A DNA stretch of 64,000 nucleotides, taken from the NCBI GenBank assembly GCA_045863855.1, contig BTVV01000027.1, forward strand, positions 1-64,000. The letters are read 5' to 3'. The notes below the pieces were generated by a model, which made no database searches, was not told where the DNA came from, and was given only the letters and a program-made list of their open reading frames with translations. This document shows, one piece after another, positions 1-9,509 of the stretch. The position numbers were made by a program, and so were the translations under genes. The first letter of the stretch is position 1. Every line of letters begins with the position of its first letter. The DNA comes from Planctomycetota bacterium. GTDB taxonomy: Bacteria > Planctomycetota > SZUA-567 > H5-PLA8.

Positions 1-155
1 CCATCTCCCCTCCTTGCCAAGGAGGGGCAGGGGAGGTGAACAAAAAATGCCGCGCGCCGCGCGCCCCAAACAAGCCCTTCGTCGGCGCCGTGCGCCATCT
101 CCCCTCCTTGCCAAGGAGGGGCAGGGGAGGTGAACAAAAAAATGCCGCGCGCCGC
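1..155. repeat. Two direct copies (1-60, 95-155) of a ~60-bp REP-like element with core hairpin CCCCTCCTT-GCC-AAGGAGGGG
   Basis: The copies are identical except for one A in a homopolymer run. Each has a perfect 9-bp stem followed by CAGGGGAGG. Copy 1 may be cut by the window edge. Confidence 0.85.
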
Positions 156-194
156 CCTACGTCTTTCCGCAAATAGCCCTCTTCCACCCTTGTG

Positions 195-290
195 CCAACG
201 GCACAACCTTGGTTAGCCCAGGGCAAGGCGCCCGCGCCGCCGCCCTGGGTTACAAGCCCATCCACGCCGTTTGTCCTGAAGGGACAACCT
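195..290. repeat. REP-like palindromic element (CCCAGGGC...GCCCTGGG stem plus GTCCTGAAGGGAC palindrome)
   Basis: Inverted arms lie at ~215-249 and a short palindrome at ~273-285. The style resembles Y1-transposase-associated REPs. Single copy in the window. Confidence 0.5.
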
Positions 291-310
291 AAACGCGCGC
301 ATCGGATGGC

Positions 311-365
311 CGCGCGTGGCCCGCACCAATCTCCGGTTGGTGTGGGTGAGCTTGCGAACAAGACG
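311..365. repeat. Degenerate partial copy of the ~220-bp REP-doublet element
   Basis: Shares GTGTGGGTGAGCTTGCGAACAAGA and an upstream hairpin with the copies at 540 and 1692. Confidence 0.7.
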
Positions 366-412
366 CGCCCCCGAAGGCTGCACCCGGCCACCGGCCTTAG
401 CTCCACCCGCCC

Positions 413-538
413 TCATTCGATCGATGCCGTGACGGTTCTACGTAGCTCCCGAGTCCGCTCGATAAAGTCCATATACACGTGTTCCAGCGCCTGCTTTTCC
501 TGCCAATCGGGGGAATTCCAGGCCCAACACCGTTGATG
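413..538 (-). pseudogene. Probable C-terminal gene remnant (HQRCWAWNSPDWQEKQALEHVYMDFIERTRELRRTVTASIE*)
   Basis: A protein-like 41-codon frame ends at TGA 413-415 and abuts the repeat starting at 540. No credible start or RBS outside the repeat. Confidence 0.35.
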
Positions 539-539
539 C

Positions 540-738
540 CGCGGGTGGCACACACAAATCCAAGATTTGTGTGGGTGAGCTTGCGAACAAGAGGCGTTCG
601 TGAGCGTACGCTATGCATGGGCGCGTACCGCCTCCGAAGACTGCGACTCCACGGTCGCTTCCTGTCACCACGATTGCCCTCATCGAACTCGAGTGCTCCG
701 CACACCTCTTGTGCCTTCGGCACCCACACAAACCTGCG
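540..738. repeat. REP-doublet/MITE-like element, copy A (right inverted repeat missing)
   Basis: Highly similar to 1692-1891 along its length. Contains the internal hairpin CACACAAATC-CAA-GATTTGTGTG. Confidence 0.85.
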
Positions 739-757
739 TGGTCAGCCGAAATTTCAT
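736..757 (-). pseudogene. Truncated third paralogue of the small two-TM protein (only MKFRLTT remains)
   Basis: ATGA overlap with the stop of 754-1089. ATGAAATTTCGGCTGACCACGC matches the paralogue starts, then the sequence switches to the repeat. Confidence 0.7.
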
Positions 758-1089
758 GCTTTCAAGCGCTCCTGCTTCTGTCGCGCTCTCTTTCTTTCCA
801 GCCGTTCCACGCCGTGGGCTACGGCTAGCACCAGGCCGAAGCCGAAGGCCGCGTTAAGCGCAATCGCCCAGGGCTGCCAGTAGACGCGGTGGTCGCTTGA
901 GTAGTTGCGCTCTTCGTACACAGTGACCGGCCAGCCTTGCGCGTAGCCAGGGCGCAGGTACCAGCCGGCCTTGAACTCACGGCCATCCTCCCACATAACC
1001 GGATCGATTTCGCGCTTGTGGAAGTTCGCCCACAACAGCAGCGCGGCGGTGAAGGTCGCGGCAAGGAGCGTGGTCAGCCGGAATCTCAT
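754..1089 (-). CDS. Small two-TM membrane protein, paralogue 2
   Basis: Starts MRFRLTTLLAATFTAALLLWAN, has a GWP motif and a second TM segment. ATGA coupling to the upstream paralogue. Confidence 0.85.
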   Translation of the reverse strand: MRFRLTTLLAATFTAALLLWANFHKREIDPVMWEDGREFKAGWYLRPGYAQGWPVTVYEERNYSSDHRVYWQPWAIALNAAFGFGLVLAVAHGVERLERKRARQKQERLKA

Positions 1090-1424
1090 GCTTTCATGCG
1101 CTCCTGGTTCTTCCGCTCTCTCCTTATTTCCAGCCGCTCCACCAGGAAGGTCACCATACCAACCGCTGCCAAGCCGAAGGCGAGGTTGACCGCGATCGCC
1201 CATGGATCTCGGTACACGCGCAGGCCCTCCTCGAGGTAGAATTTCTCGTACACTACCTCCGGCCAGCCATACGCGGAACCTGCCGTGGTATAGAAAATTA
1301 CGGTGACACCGTCGTCTTTAAGTTTCCAGCTCCTGAATGTGGCTTCGCGCGGGTGGACGTTCGCCCCGAGCAGCAGCGCGGCGGTGAAGGTCGCGGCAAG
1401 CAGGGTGGTCAGCCGGAATCTCAC
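1086..1424 (-). CDS. Small two-TM membrane protein, paralogue 1
   Basis: Same N-terminus, GWP and PWAIAxN motifs and basic tail as 754-1089. The GTG start overlaps the upstream TGA. Confidence 0.85.
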   Translation of the reverse strand: MRFRLTTLLAATFTAALLLGANVHPREATFRSWKLKDDGVTVIFYTTAGSAYGWPEVVYEKFYLEEGLRVYRDPWAIAVNLAFGLAAVGMVTFLVERLEIRRERKNQERMKA

Positions 1425-1702
1425 GGCTGCGCCGGATTCCCTGGTTTCTTTCGAACAACAAGATTCATGTAGGCTTCGCCTGTTTGGGGGTTACGCTGGA
1501 TCGCAAAACCAGTTGGATGTCCAAAAATGGCGCCTTCATATTCAGCTCGCTCAGCCAGGGGTCGCTGACCATCACCATACGTAAAGGCACCAGTAATGTT
1601 TGTTGTGCTAACTCGCGTCTGAATTTGCACCTTAAAAGATAAAACGACCTTCTGGATGAATCGCGGGCCAGCAGTCGTTTCAATAGAAAACTCGCGGGTG
1701 GC
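1421..1702 (-). pseudogene. Hypothetical protein, probably 5'-truncated by the repeat (or a short gene from GTG 1630)
   Basis: The frame is open from 1702 to TGA 1421, and the upstream in-frame TAG (1703-1705) lies inside the repeat end. The stop is coupled (GTGA) to the next gene. Confidence 0.5.
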
Positions 1703-1912
1703 CTACACAAATCCGAGATTTGTGTGGGTGAGCTTGCGAACAAGAGGCGTTCGTGTGCGTACGCTATGCATGGGTGCGTACCGCCTCCGAAGCCTGCAAT
1801 TCCACGGTCGCATCCTGTCGCCACGATTGCCCTCATTAGAACTCGAGTGTCCCGCACACCTCTTGTGCCCTCGGCACCCACAATACCTGCGACTTGGGTG
1901 GGCCACCCGCGA
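1692..1912. repeat. REP-doublet/MITE-like element, copy B (complete, 22-bp imperfect terminal inverted repeats)
   Basis: TCGCGGGTGGCCTACACAAATC (1692-1713) matches the reverse complement of 1891-1912 (TCGCGGGTGGCCCACCCAAGTC) at 19/22 positions. Confidence 0.85.
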
Positions 1913-1913
1913 T

Positions 1914-2666
1914 CTACTTCACCTCGAACAAGGCCTTCCCGTCGCTTCCAGATGCCACCAGTGTCATACGCGATTTCCACTGGTTGCTGCTTTCACTGCT
2001 GGACAAGAGGAGGCGGCCGGAACCCTGGGCCGGGGCACCCTCCCATTCGGTCCCTTCGAAGGCGCGGAACTTCGCCGGATCTTGATATCTCACGAGCTTC
2101 CGGGGCGGGAGGTCCGGGCAGAACCAGTATACGGTGCGCTCCCGGATCGTCTTGCCCTCCACCTCGATCTCGGTGTCGATCTCGACCCGCTCGCATTTCC
2201 TCTCGACCCCGTCGATCTGGATCGCCTGAGTGGAAACTCGGCCCCGGCGTTTCGGAGGCGTTTCCGAGGAGGAAGGAGGACGCGGGGGCGGGGGCTGGAC
2301 CTTCGCCTCCACGGCGGTCCCTTGTGGCGACCGGACCCAGGCCCGGAGCGTCCGGCCGTCCTTCCGGGAGACCTCGAAGATCGTGGCCTCCTCCGAGCTT
2401 CCCATGAGGTCGCAGACGGTCTTGCGATGCTCCTGGAAGCGGACCACGTCGGCAGCGACGTGAAGACAAGTCCACGTGAACGTGGTTACGGACCTGGGGA
2501 CACTCTCGGATACCTGCTCCAATTCCAGGCGTTCCCATTCGCCAGCCTTTGGGTTGGCGGCTGCCACGTACTGCCAGCCCTCGCCGTTGATCTCGGGGGG
2601 AGCTTCCTGGCCGAGCGCGGGCCGGAACCCGAAGAGGATGACCAGGATCGGGAGGATCTTCAACAT
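1914..2666 (-). CDS. Exported hypothetical protein
   Basis: Signal-peptide-like start MLKILPILVILFGFRPALG at ATG 2666, with typical codon bias. Upstream extension to 3032 looks non-coding. Confidence 0.75.
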   Translation of the reverse strand: MLKILPILVILFGFRPALGQEAPPEINGEGWQYVAAANPKAGEWERLELEQVSESVPRSVTTFTWTCLHVAADVVRFQEHRKTVCDLMGSSEEATIFEVSRKDGRTLRAWVRSPQGTAVEAKVQPPPPRPPSSSETPPKRRGRVSTQAIQIDGVERKCERVEIDTEIEVEGKTIRERTVYWFCPDLPPRKLVRYQDPAKFRAFEGTEWEGAPAQGSGRLLLSSSESSNQWKSRMTLVASGSDGKALFEVK

Positions 2667-3136
2667 GAATGGCACCCCTTGTCGAAACGCGTCCGTGCAG
2701 ATAGGACAATCAAACCCCGTTTTGGGCGGCTCTTGAAGACTGGGGCCATGGCCTGAGCATGTGAAAATACTGGGTTTCTCCCTCGCGCAACATATACTCC
2801 GGCGCGTGGCCGGGATGGGGCGCCGCGGAGCAAGCGCCCCTTGCTTGCTCCGCGCCTCACCCACCGCGCACGCGCAAGCCGCGACTCTTGCTCCCACCGC
2901 CCCCACTTTGCACGCGCTTCGTCCTTGCCTTGCCCCGCCCACCAACACCCCACGCGCGCCGCAATTCCGGCCAAGCGTAGCATGGACCAAGGTAGAAGTC
3001 ACGAAACCGGCCGCGCCCGCCCAACGCCTCAACTTCCACCTACCGGGCGCGGAAGGTCGCGGAAGGACACGACTTTTTTCGAGCCCGTTCGACCCGGTTC
3101 GCGCCTTTTGACTCGCCTAGAACGCGTCAAAAAGAT

Positions 3137-3199
3137 GTGTAAACTTAACTGTAAAGTTAGCTTTACACTTTACACTTACGCTTTACAACTTTACACTTA
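3137..3199. promoter_or_regulatory. AT-rich palindrome plus TTTACA/TGTAAA repeat array (putative multi-site operator)
   Basis: 14-bp arms at 3137-3150 and 3155-3168 (12/14 complementary). Six copies of the hexamer occur in ~60 bp. Confidence 0.4.
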
Positions 3200-3313
3200 G
3201 CGCACGTTGCGAACTTAAATCGAACTATATTATATCGCTTTTGACCATACGCTTTGCAGTACTCACCTCGCGCAGCACAGGTGCTATCACACCCCTTGCC
3301 GAACCGCTCGATG

Positions 3314-3676
3314 TTATAAACCGCGGTACTCGCACCGCGACGTGCACGTCTCGCGGACCGAAACGGCGCTCAAAAGCGGCAGCTTCGGCTTCAGCCGCTC
3401 CCACAGCCATCGCGCCAGCACCTCGCTCGTCGGGTTCTCCAGCCCCCCGATCTCGTTCAAATAGCGGTGATCCAGCTCCTCGATCACCGGCCCCGCCGCC
3501 GCCTTCAATTCCGCAAAGTCCATCACCCAACCGGTTTGCGGATCGACTTCGCCCTCCACCGCCACCTCGATCGCGAACGAATGCCCATGCAGCCGGCGGC
3601 ATTTGTTCCCCTCCGGCGCGTGCGGCAGCTTGTGAGCGGCCTCGAAGGTGAAGGTCTTGATCAGCGTCGTTCGCAT
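3314..3676 (-). CDS. queD: 6-carboxy-5,6,7,8-tetrahydropterin synthase
   Basis: [28 protein letters not shown] and ET motifs of PTPS-I/QueD. Confidence 0.95.
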   Translation of the reverse strand: MRTTLIKTFTFEAAHKLPHAPEGNKCRRLHGHSFAIEVAVEGEVDPQTGWVMDFAELKAAAGPVIEELDHRYLNEIGGLENPTSEVLARWLWERLKPKLPLLSAVSVRETCTSRCEYRGL

Positions 3677-3695
3677 GTCCATACACCCATTGAGG

Positions 3696-4613
3696 TTACA
3701 ACCAACGATCCAGCCACGCGAGCACCTCGGCCCGCATCTCGGCCGTCTCGTAATGAGCCACATCGCGCCGGAAGAGCTTCCAAGCGTCCGGCGCCCCGGC
3801 CCGCTTGTAGACCCGCTTCAAAGCCCGGTCCAGCTTATCCAACCCCCGTGGCGGCGTCAGTTTATCGTAATTCCCGTTGAGCGACAAATGCGCCCGCGGC
3901 GCGATCAGCGCGTTGATATCCGCCGCCTCGAAGTGCTTCAACAGCCCCGGCACGTAGTAGTAGATCCCGTGCCCGTCGAGCCCCCGCGTCTCGATCAGTT
4001 CGCGGTATTCGGTCAGGCAACACAAGTCCACGCATACCTTTACACGTTCGTCCAACGCCGCCGTCCACCACGCCAGCGTACTCCCCATCGAAAGCCCCAG
4101 CGTGCCGATGCGTCGAACGTCTAAGTCCTTTCGGGAACAGAGGTAATCGACGGCGCGCAAGTTGTCGTAAACCATCAGTCCCCACAGCACCTGGCCCTTC
4201 CAGAGCAGCTCCTTGAAGAGCTCGCTTTCCGCCCGGCTGTAGCGTTCGCCGAAGTTCCAGTGATCCAGCGCCAAACACGCAATCCCTTTCAGGGCAAGCT
4301 CTTCCCCGTACGGCCGGCGATTCCCGAAGACCCCGCGCGGCTCGATCAATTCCAGCTTCCCGTTCTTGTATTCCCCGCCGTGGTAATGGTTATAGAGCAC
4401 CACCGGGAACGGCGCCCGCCCCCGCTTCGGCCGCGTCAAGAACGCCGGAACCGGCTCCATCCCGTTCAAGTCCAACACCAACCGCTCCAAGACGTACGCC
4501 TCGCGCTCCTCGACCGCCAGCGTGCGCACGTGCAGGGGCCGCTTCCGCGGCGGCAAATCCCCCAGAAGTCCATACAGCTTCGCACGTTGCGCCGAATCCT
4601 GCGGCCTAGCCAT
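3696..4613 (-). CDS. Alpha/beta hydrolase (dienelactone hydrolase/acetylesterase-like)
   Basis: GLSMG nucleophile elbow, HxHGG, LIAPR, downstream Asp and His. GGGGAGG RBS before ATG 4613. Confidence 0.9.
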   Translation of the reverse strand: MARPQDSAQRAKLYGLLGDLPPRKRPLHVRTLAVEEREAYVLERLVLDLNGMEPVPAFLTRPKRGRAPFPVVLYNHYHGGEYKNGKLELIEPRGVFGNRRPYGEELALKGIACLALDHWNFGERYSRAESELFKELLWKGQVLWGLMVYDNLRAVDYLCSRKDLDVRRIGTLGLSMGSTLAWWTAALDERVKVCVDLCCLTEYRELIETRGLDGHGIYYYVPGLLKHFEAADINALIAPRAHLSLNGNYDKLTPPRGLDKLDRALKRVYKRAGAPDAWKLFRRDVAHYETAEMRAEVLAWLDRWL

Positions 4614-4888
4614 GTATCGCCTCCCCTTTTCGGAAACCGGACTACAGGTAAGTCCTAGCGCATACCGATGCCACGATATGGTTGCAAGTACAAGAACGGA
4701 GGTCTCTAACAGACCGGCCCGACTCGCCGAAGTCCATAAAATTCCCTGGATTATAAGTAAAATGGGATCATGATGCTGAGGCCTTTTTGGGCGGCTTTCT
4801 ACCTCTCTCGTAAAGCGTGGGCCGGCATTCGAAACGGCCCGTGCGAAACACGGTCGACTGTCTTTGGACAGGAGCACGGCAAACAGTG

Positions 4889-7591
4889 ATGCGGAGCACG
4901 ATTCGTCTCAACCCGTTGGGCCTGGCCTGCTTACTGGCGGCGCTGGGGCTGTTGCACCCCGTGTGGGCCGGTGAAGCGGAAGGCGAACGCCCGAAGCCGA
5001 TCCAAGTCGGCGGCGGCGCAGCGCCCGAAGTCAAGATCACCTTGCCCGCCGAAGCTCCGAAGCCCGCAGCCGCCGAAGGCGCTCCCGCGCCGCTGGTAGA
5101 GACCGGCGAAGACGAAAAGCCGATCGCGCTGTATCAGCGCTGGAAGGCGCTCGAGCCGCAACAGATCGTTCCGGACAAGTCCGTCGTGTACGCCGCCATC
5201 AAGGACTACTCGAAGGCCAAGGATGCCTTTTTCCGCAGCGCGTTGCGGGGCTTGATCAAAGAGCCCGAAGTGGGCGAGCCGCTGCATGCGACGTGGGAGC
5301 GCTTGGTCAACAGCTACCGCCGCGGCGACGGGACGTTGACGGACATTCAGGAGCGGCGGCGCAAGCTGGAAGTCGATGTCCTGAACGAGCTTGAATCGTA
5401 CTTCGAGCATCAGGTCGCGCTTTCCGTGGACTTCATTCAGGTGCAGCGCCCGGGGCAGGCCAATCCGCAGCAGATCCCGCGCTTCCTGCTCGTCTTTTCG
5501 CTCCCGAAGACCGAGCGTGGCGAACTGCGCATGCAGGAGCTGACGGATCTGTTCGACCGCTTCAGCGCCAGCCAGCTCATCGACCGCCGCTACAAAGACC
5601 GGGTCACGACGGTGGGGCCGTACCGCATCCAGCAACTCGTTTGCGACGAACTGGATCTGGAGGAAGGCTGGGCGTTCGTCGAGAACCTGTTCGTCTACGC
5701 GCGCGGTCCGGGCTTGATCGAAGAAGCGCTGAAGGCATACCACACCAATCAGGGCAAGGGCACGCTTTCCCAGAACGCCGGCTATGCATCCACCTACGGC
5801 AAGGTCGGCGAAGACGCGCACGTCTTCCTGCAGGTCGATGCGATGTCGATGCTCAAGCCGGTGCTGCAAGACAACTTGCTGCTGGCGCGCTACTGGGGCA
5901 TCGACTTGGCCCAAGCCGAGAATGCCGGACCGCAGGCCGCGGTCGGGCTGAAGGTGCTCGACGGCGATAACGCGGCGATCAAGGAGAAGTGGCTGCTGCG
6001 TATCGGCAAGCAGGATGAAGCGGTACAAGGCACGTGCCGCTCGGTCTCGGCATACCTCGCGCCCAGCAACGCGCTTTTCTTCGGCGCTCAGCAGTTCAGT
6101 TTCGCTCCGTTCATCAAACAATTGTCGGACAACGCCGCCGACGCTCCGCCCAACGACCCGAGCGTGGCGAACTTGCGCAAGTTCATCAACGGGCTGCAGA
6201 CGGCCATGGGCGCGGCCAACTTCGAGGAAGTCGTACGCCGCTTCGATCCGTTCAAGGGCGAGGTTTCGGTGCAGCTCAGCTACATTCCGGGCGGCCAGAA
6301 CCTGCTCGAGATTTTCCAGCCGATTCTGGCGGTGGAGTTCAATCGCGCGGACCTGGCGGAGATCTCCAACACGCTTGAGAAGCTGCGGCAGGCTTCGGGG
6401 ATGACTTACAAGAAGCTGACCTACCACGACGCGGAAGTCTGGTACCAGGTGGGCGCCATGCCGGGGGCCGAAGGCCAGGGCCAGCAAACCCACGGCTTCC
6501 TCGAATCCCTATTCGCGCCCGCCGCGGCGCCGGGGCAAAAGGTCGAGAAGCAGGTCGGGACGCCGTTCTTCGTCGGCTATGCCTTGGTCAGCGTGACGCC
6601 CAAGGACGGGGAACAAGGCAAGTGGTTCGTACTCTTCTCGGACAGCGTCAAGGCGCTGAAGAAAGCGATCCAGCAGGGAACGGTGCATCGCCACAGCCTG
6701 GCTCAGCGCGACGAGTTCAAATCGCTCTCGGACCAATTCGACGCGCAGCGCTACAACTTCAACTTCCTGGATCTGCCGCGCGTGACCGAGGCGATGTACC
6801 GCCAGATTCTGCCCGAGCTTTCGCGCATGTCGGGCAGCCGCAACGGCATCTTCGAACTGCTGCCGCCCGAAAACGTGGTAGTGCCGCACCTTTCGGCGAT
6901 GGGCTGGGCCAAGACCGTGCATAACGAAGGGCTGCTGATGGAGTTCGTTTCGCCGACGGGCAACCTGTCGCTGGGCGGCCTGATCGGCGCCTTCGCGCTG
7001 CCGCGGATCCAGGCCGAGCGGCAGATGGCCGTCAGCCGCCAGGCCGAGGACAACTTCAAGCGCCTCAACCTGGGCCTGCACCTCTACGCCGCCGACTTCG
7101 ACCGCTTCCCCGTGCGCCTCTCGGATCTGCATCCGAATTATGTCAGCGAATTCTCGGTCTTCGAGTCGCCGTTCAAGAAGGGCGCCGTACGCAGCGAGAA
7201 GGACATCGACGACATCGAGAAGACCAACCTCGTCTACGTCCCCGGCCGCCCGCTGCAGGACATGTCCGACCAGATCCTGCTTTTCGAAGTCCGCCCGGCG
7301 GGCATCTATTCGAGCCTGGACGGGGAGTACCGGACCGTGCACCACGTCCTGCAGCTCGACGGGCGCGTACGCGGCATTCCGGCTTCTCGCCTGCGCCAGC
7401 TCCTGAAGGATGTACGCGGTCTGCCGAAGGAACTGGACCTCCAGCCCGGCGCGAAGCTGCTGCAGCCGGGCGGCACCTTCGGGACCACCGGAGCCGCTCC
7501 GTCGGGAGCGGGGACCGCGCCGCTGCCCGAATCCGCCGACGAGAACTCGCTGGTGCCGATGGGTCCGGGCCGCCGGCCCACCCGGAAGTAA
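4889..7591 (+). CDS. Large exported protein, DUF3352-like body with C-terminal pilin-like (DUF1559/H-X9-DG-type) domain
   Basis: Signal peptide. The C-terminal [12 protein letters not shown]...[20 protein letters not shown] and HVLQLDGRV match the planctomycete pseudopilin-like pattern. Confidence 0.75.
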   Translation: MRSTIRLNPLGLACLLAALGLLHPVWAGEAEGERPKPIQVGGGAAPEVKITLPAEAPKPAAAEGAPAPLVETGEDEKPIALYQRWKALEPQQIVPDKSVVYAAIKDYSKAKDAFFRSALRGLIKEPEVGEPLHATWERLVNSYRRGDGTLTDIQERRRKLEVDVLNELESYFEHQVALSVDFIQVQRPGQANPQQIPRFLLVFSLPKTERGELRMQELTDLFDRFSASQLIDRRYKDRVTTVGPYRIQQLVCDELDLEEGWAFVENLFVYARGPGLIEEALKAYHTNQGKGTLSQNAGYASTYGKVGEDAHVFLQVDAMSMLKPVLQDNLLLARYWGIDLAQAENAGPQAAVGLKVLDGDNAAIKEKWLLRIGKQDEAVQGTCRSVSAYLAPSNALFFGAQQFSFAPFIKQLSDNAADAPPNDPSVANLRKFINGLQTAMGAANFEEVVRRFDPFKGEVSVQLSYIPGGQNLLEIFQPILAVEFNRADLAEISNTLEKLRQASGMTYKKLTYHDAEVWYQVGAMPGAEGQGQQTHGFLESLFAPAAAPGQKVEKQVGTPFFVGYALVSVTPKDGEQGKWFVLFSDSVKALKKAIQQGTVHRHSLAQRDEFKSLSDQFDAQRYNFNFLDLPRVTEAMYRQILPELSRMSGSRNGIFELLPPENVVVPHLSAMGWAKTVHNEGLLMEFVSPTGNLSLGGLIGAFALPRIQAERQMAVSRQAEDNFKRLNLGLHLYAADFDRFPVRLSDLHPNYVSEFSVFESPFKKGAVRSEKDIDDIEKTNLVYVPGRPLQDMSDQILLFEVRPAGIYSSLDGEYRTVHHVLQLDGRVRGIPASRLRQLLKDVRGLPKELDLQPGAKLLQPGGTFGTTGAAPSGAGTAPLPESADENSLVPMGPGRRPTRK

Positions 7592-7749
7592 ACGCGCCTG
7601 AAATTTGACTGCGCCCGCACGCTCAAATAGCCGATTCTTGGGAAGACCGTTCGCCCGGAGCGCCCTTCGCGCTCCGTGGCGCGCGGCCCGAAGCCGCCGC
7701 GCGCGTTGGCGTCCGGCGGCGCCCCCCATTTCGCAAAGGAGCCGGACCT

Positions 7750-8175
7750 ATGAGCATCGCCACCGTCGAACGCGCGGGCCGCCTGGACGCCGCCACCGGA
7801 CAACCCGTCGCGGCCGGGCGCACCGTTTTTGACGCCGCCGGACGCAGCGCCGAGTTCTACGATCACCTGCGCGCGCACTACCGCGAGACGCGCCGCACGC
7901 CCGTCGAGATTCCCGTACGCATCAACGTGCTCCTCGAAGACGGCTCGCTCTTCGACAAGGGTACGGCGACCATCCGGAACATTTCGCCCAGCGGCGCGCT
8001 GTTGGGCGACGTGAAGATCGAGCGGGGGGTCTTCCCGGTCTCCTCGTTCCGCTTCGAGATCGTGATGCAGGGCGGCGCGTACGACGGAATCGGACTGGAA
8101 GCGCGGCCCGTACGCTTCGAATCGTCGGTGCGGGGCATCGGCGTGAAGTTCGAAGAGATTTTCGTCGCGGTCTGA
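7750..8175 (+). CDS. PilZ-domain protein (putative c-di-GMP receptor)
   Basis: RETRR (RxxxR) and NISPSG (D/NxSxxG) motifs, ending in GIGVKF. Confidence 0.85.
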   Translation: MSIATVERAGRLDAATGQPVAAGRTVFDAAGRSAEFYDHLRAHYRETRRTPVEIPVRINVLLEDGSLFDKGTATIRNISPSGALLGDVKIERGVFPVSSFRFEIVMQGGAYDGIGLEARPVRFESSVRGIGVKFEEIFVAV

Positions 8176-8261
8176 GACTCGAATCGATCGGGGCTTTTCG
8201 CGGCCCGGCCTGCGCAGAGCACGCCGGGCCGTTTCCTTTGAATGCGACCTCGCATATTCGT

Positions 8262-9410
8262 CTATGGATCGCGCTTCCGCGCGGCGAGCACCGCCACGGC
8301 ATCGTCGAAGGCCTCGATCCGTTCGGGCCAGGCAAAACGCGCGAAGTCGGCTCGGAGTTCCGCGCCCAAAGCGCGCGCCGATTCGGGCGCCGCCGCGTAG
8401 GCGCGCAGGCGTTCGACTAGCTCGGCGTCGTCGCGGTAGAGCACGCGTGCGTGCCGCCCGGGCGGGACCAGTTCCGGATAGCTCAAGCGATTCGGCAGCA
8501 AGACCGCGCAGCCGTGCAGGCACGCCTCAACGGTGCTCAGCCCGAAGAACTCGTGCGCGGCAGTGCTGACCGTCACGTCGCAGCTTGCCAGCAATCGCGC
8601 ATACTCCGTACGCGACGGGGCAAAGCCCCAGTGCGCGATCCGCTCACCCAAGCGCACGCGCGCTACCTCGAAGACGGCCGGGCTGTCGCGGTAGCGTTCG
8701 CCCAGCACCACGGCTTCGAAGGGCACGCCGCCGTCGTGAAGGGCGAAGAGCGCCGCGAAGAACCCTTCGGGATTTTTGTCGAACTCCCAGCGGTGATTCC
8801 AGCCGATCCGCAGCGGCGCGCCGGGGGCGCGCGGCGGCGGCTCCTGCGCCGGAGCGGCGGCCCCGAGGTGCAGCACGCGCGCGCGCAAGGCGAGTGCTTC
8901 GCTGAGCCCCTTCGGCACCGCGTCGGGCATCCGCTTCAGGAAAGCCGGCGCCGCGGCGAGAAACTCATCGCGATGGAAAGCGCTGTTGAACCAGACTTCG
9001 TCGGCGGCCAGACAGCCTACGATGTTGATGAAGCCGTAGTGGTAGTCGCGCTCGTCTTCGTGGCGCACCGGGTAGGTGAGCTGGTTCTCGTGCATGAACA
9101 TGGCGATGGGCGGCGGAGTTCCGCGCGGCCACCGGCCGCGAGCCAGACCCAGGAACTCGGCCAAGTTAAGGAAATCGCTGACCAGCAGGAGATCGCATGC
9201 ACCCAGGCGTTCGACTTCACCCAGGAAATGCAACGCGCTCCCGCGCATGCGCCACTTCCATTTTCGCGCCGGCTGAGTGAAGAACTCGAAGCGGTGCCGG
9301 CTGTGCGCGGCGAGGTCTTCCAGAAACTGCTTATGCGAACCCCCGAAATAGGGTTCGACCGCGCCCACGGTCAGGGCTCGAGCCGGGTTATCCGTTGCGG
9401 TACGCGACAT
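8262..9410 (-). CDS. DUF3524/GTDC1-family GT-B glycosyltransferase (homologue of tRNA-queuosine alpha-mannosyltransferase)
   Basis: EPYFGGSH, PARKWKWRMRGSAL, HENQLTYP, FNSAFH, WNHRWEFDKNPE, HEFFGLSTVEA and RLSYPEL motifs. Start is at 9410 or 9419. Confidence 0.9.
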   Translation of the reverse strand: MSRTATDNPARALTVGAVEPYFGGSHKQFLEDLAAHSRHRFEFFTQPARKWKWRMRGSALHFLGEVERLGACDLLLVSDFLNLAEFLGLARGRWPRGTPPPIAMFMHENQLTYPVRHEDERDYHYGFINIVGCLAADEVWFNSAFHRDEFLAAAPAFLKRMPDAVPKGLSEALALRARVLHLGAAAPAQEPPPRAPGAPLRIGWNHRWEFDKNPEGFFAALFALHDGGVPFEAVVLGERYRDSPAVFEVARVRLGERIAHWGFAPSRTEYARLLASCDVTVSTAAHEFFGLSTVEACLHGCAVLLPNRLSYPELVPPGRHARVLYRDDAELVERLRAYAAAPESARALGAELRADFARFAWPERIEAFDDAVAVLAARKRDP

Positions 9411-9509
9411 GGGAGCCATGATACTCGAAGCCCAAACGCGCGCGATTGCGCAAGACGAATCGCGGGGTCGTGCGTCCAAGTAGCAGTCCGTTACCTGGAG
9501 GCCGCCGGT

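Noticed and set aside
1..155. Possible CRISPR repeat-spacer unit
   Set aside because: The repeats are ~60 bp, only two copies are visible, no cas genes are present, and the structure fits a REP.
192..883. Short ORFs overlapping the repeats (e.g. 192-536, 397-729, 479-883)
   Set aside because: They translate palindromic repeat DNA, so the same pseudo-peptides recur at 1656-1906. No RBS or codon bias.
754..1424. Diversity-generating retroelement TR/VR pair
   Set aside because: Differences between the paralogues are not adenine-specific and include indels. No reverse transcriptase is present.
540..1912. Integron attC cassette array
   Set aside because: No RYYYAAC/GTTRRRY core sites at the repeat ends, no integrase, and the flanking genes are truncated rather than whole cassettes.
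3137..3200. Replication origin or DnaA boxes
   Set aside because: No TTATCCACA-type 9-mers, and no dnaA, rep or par gene nearby.
3213..3240. dif-like site (minus strand AAGCGATATAA-TATAGT-TCGATTTAAGT)
   Set aside because: The XerD-like arm matches only 6/11 of TTATGTTAAAT and lacks the conserved inner TTAT. It is better explained as a -10 element.
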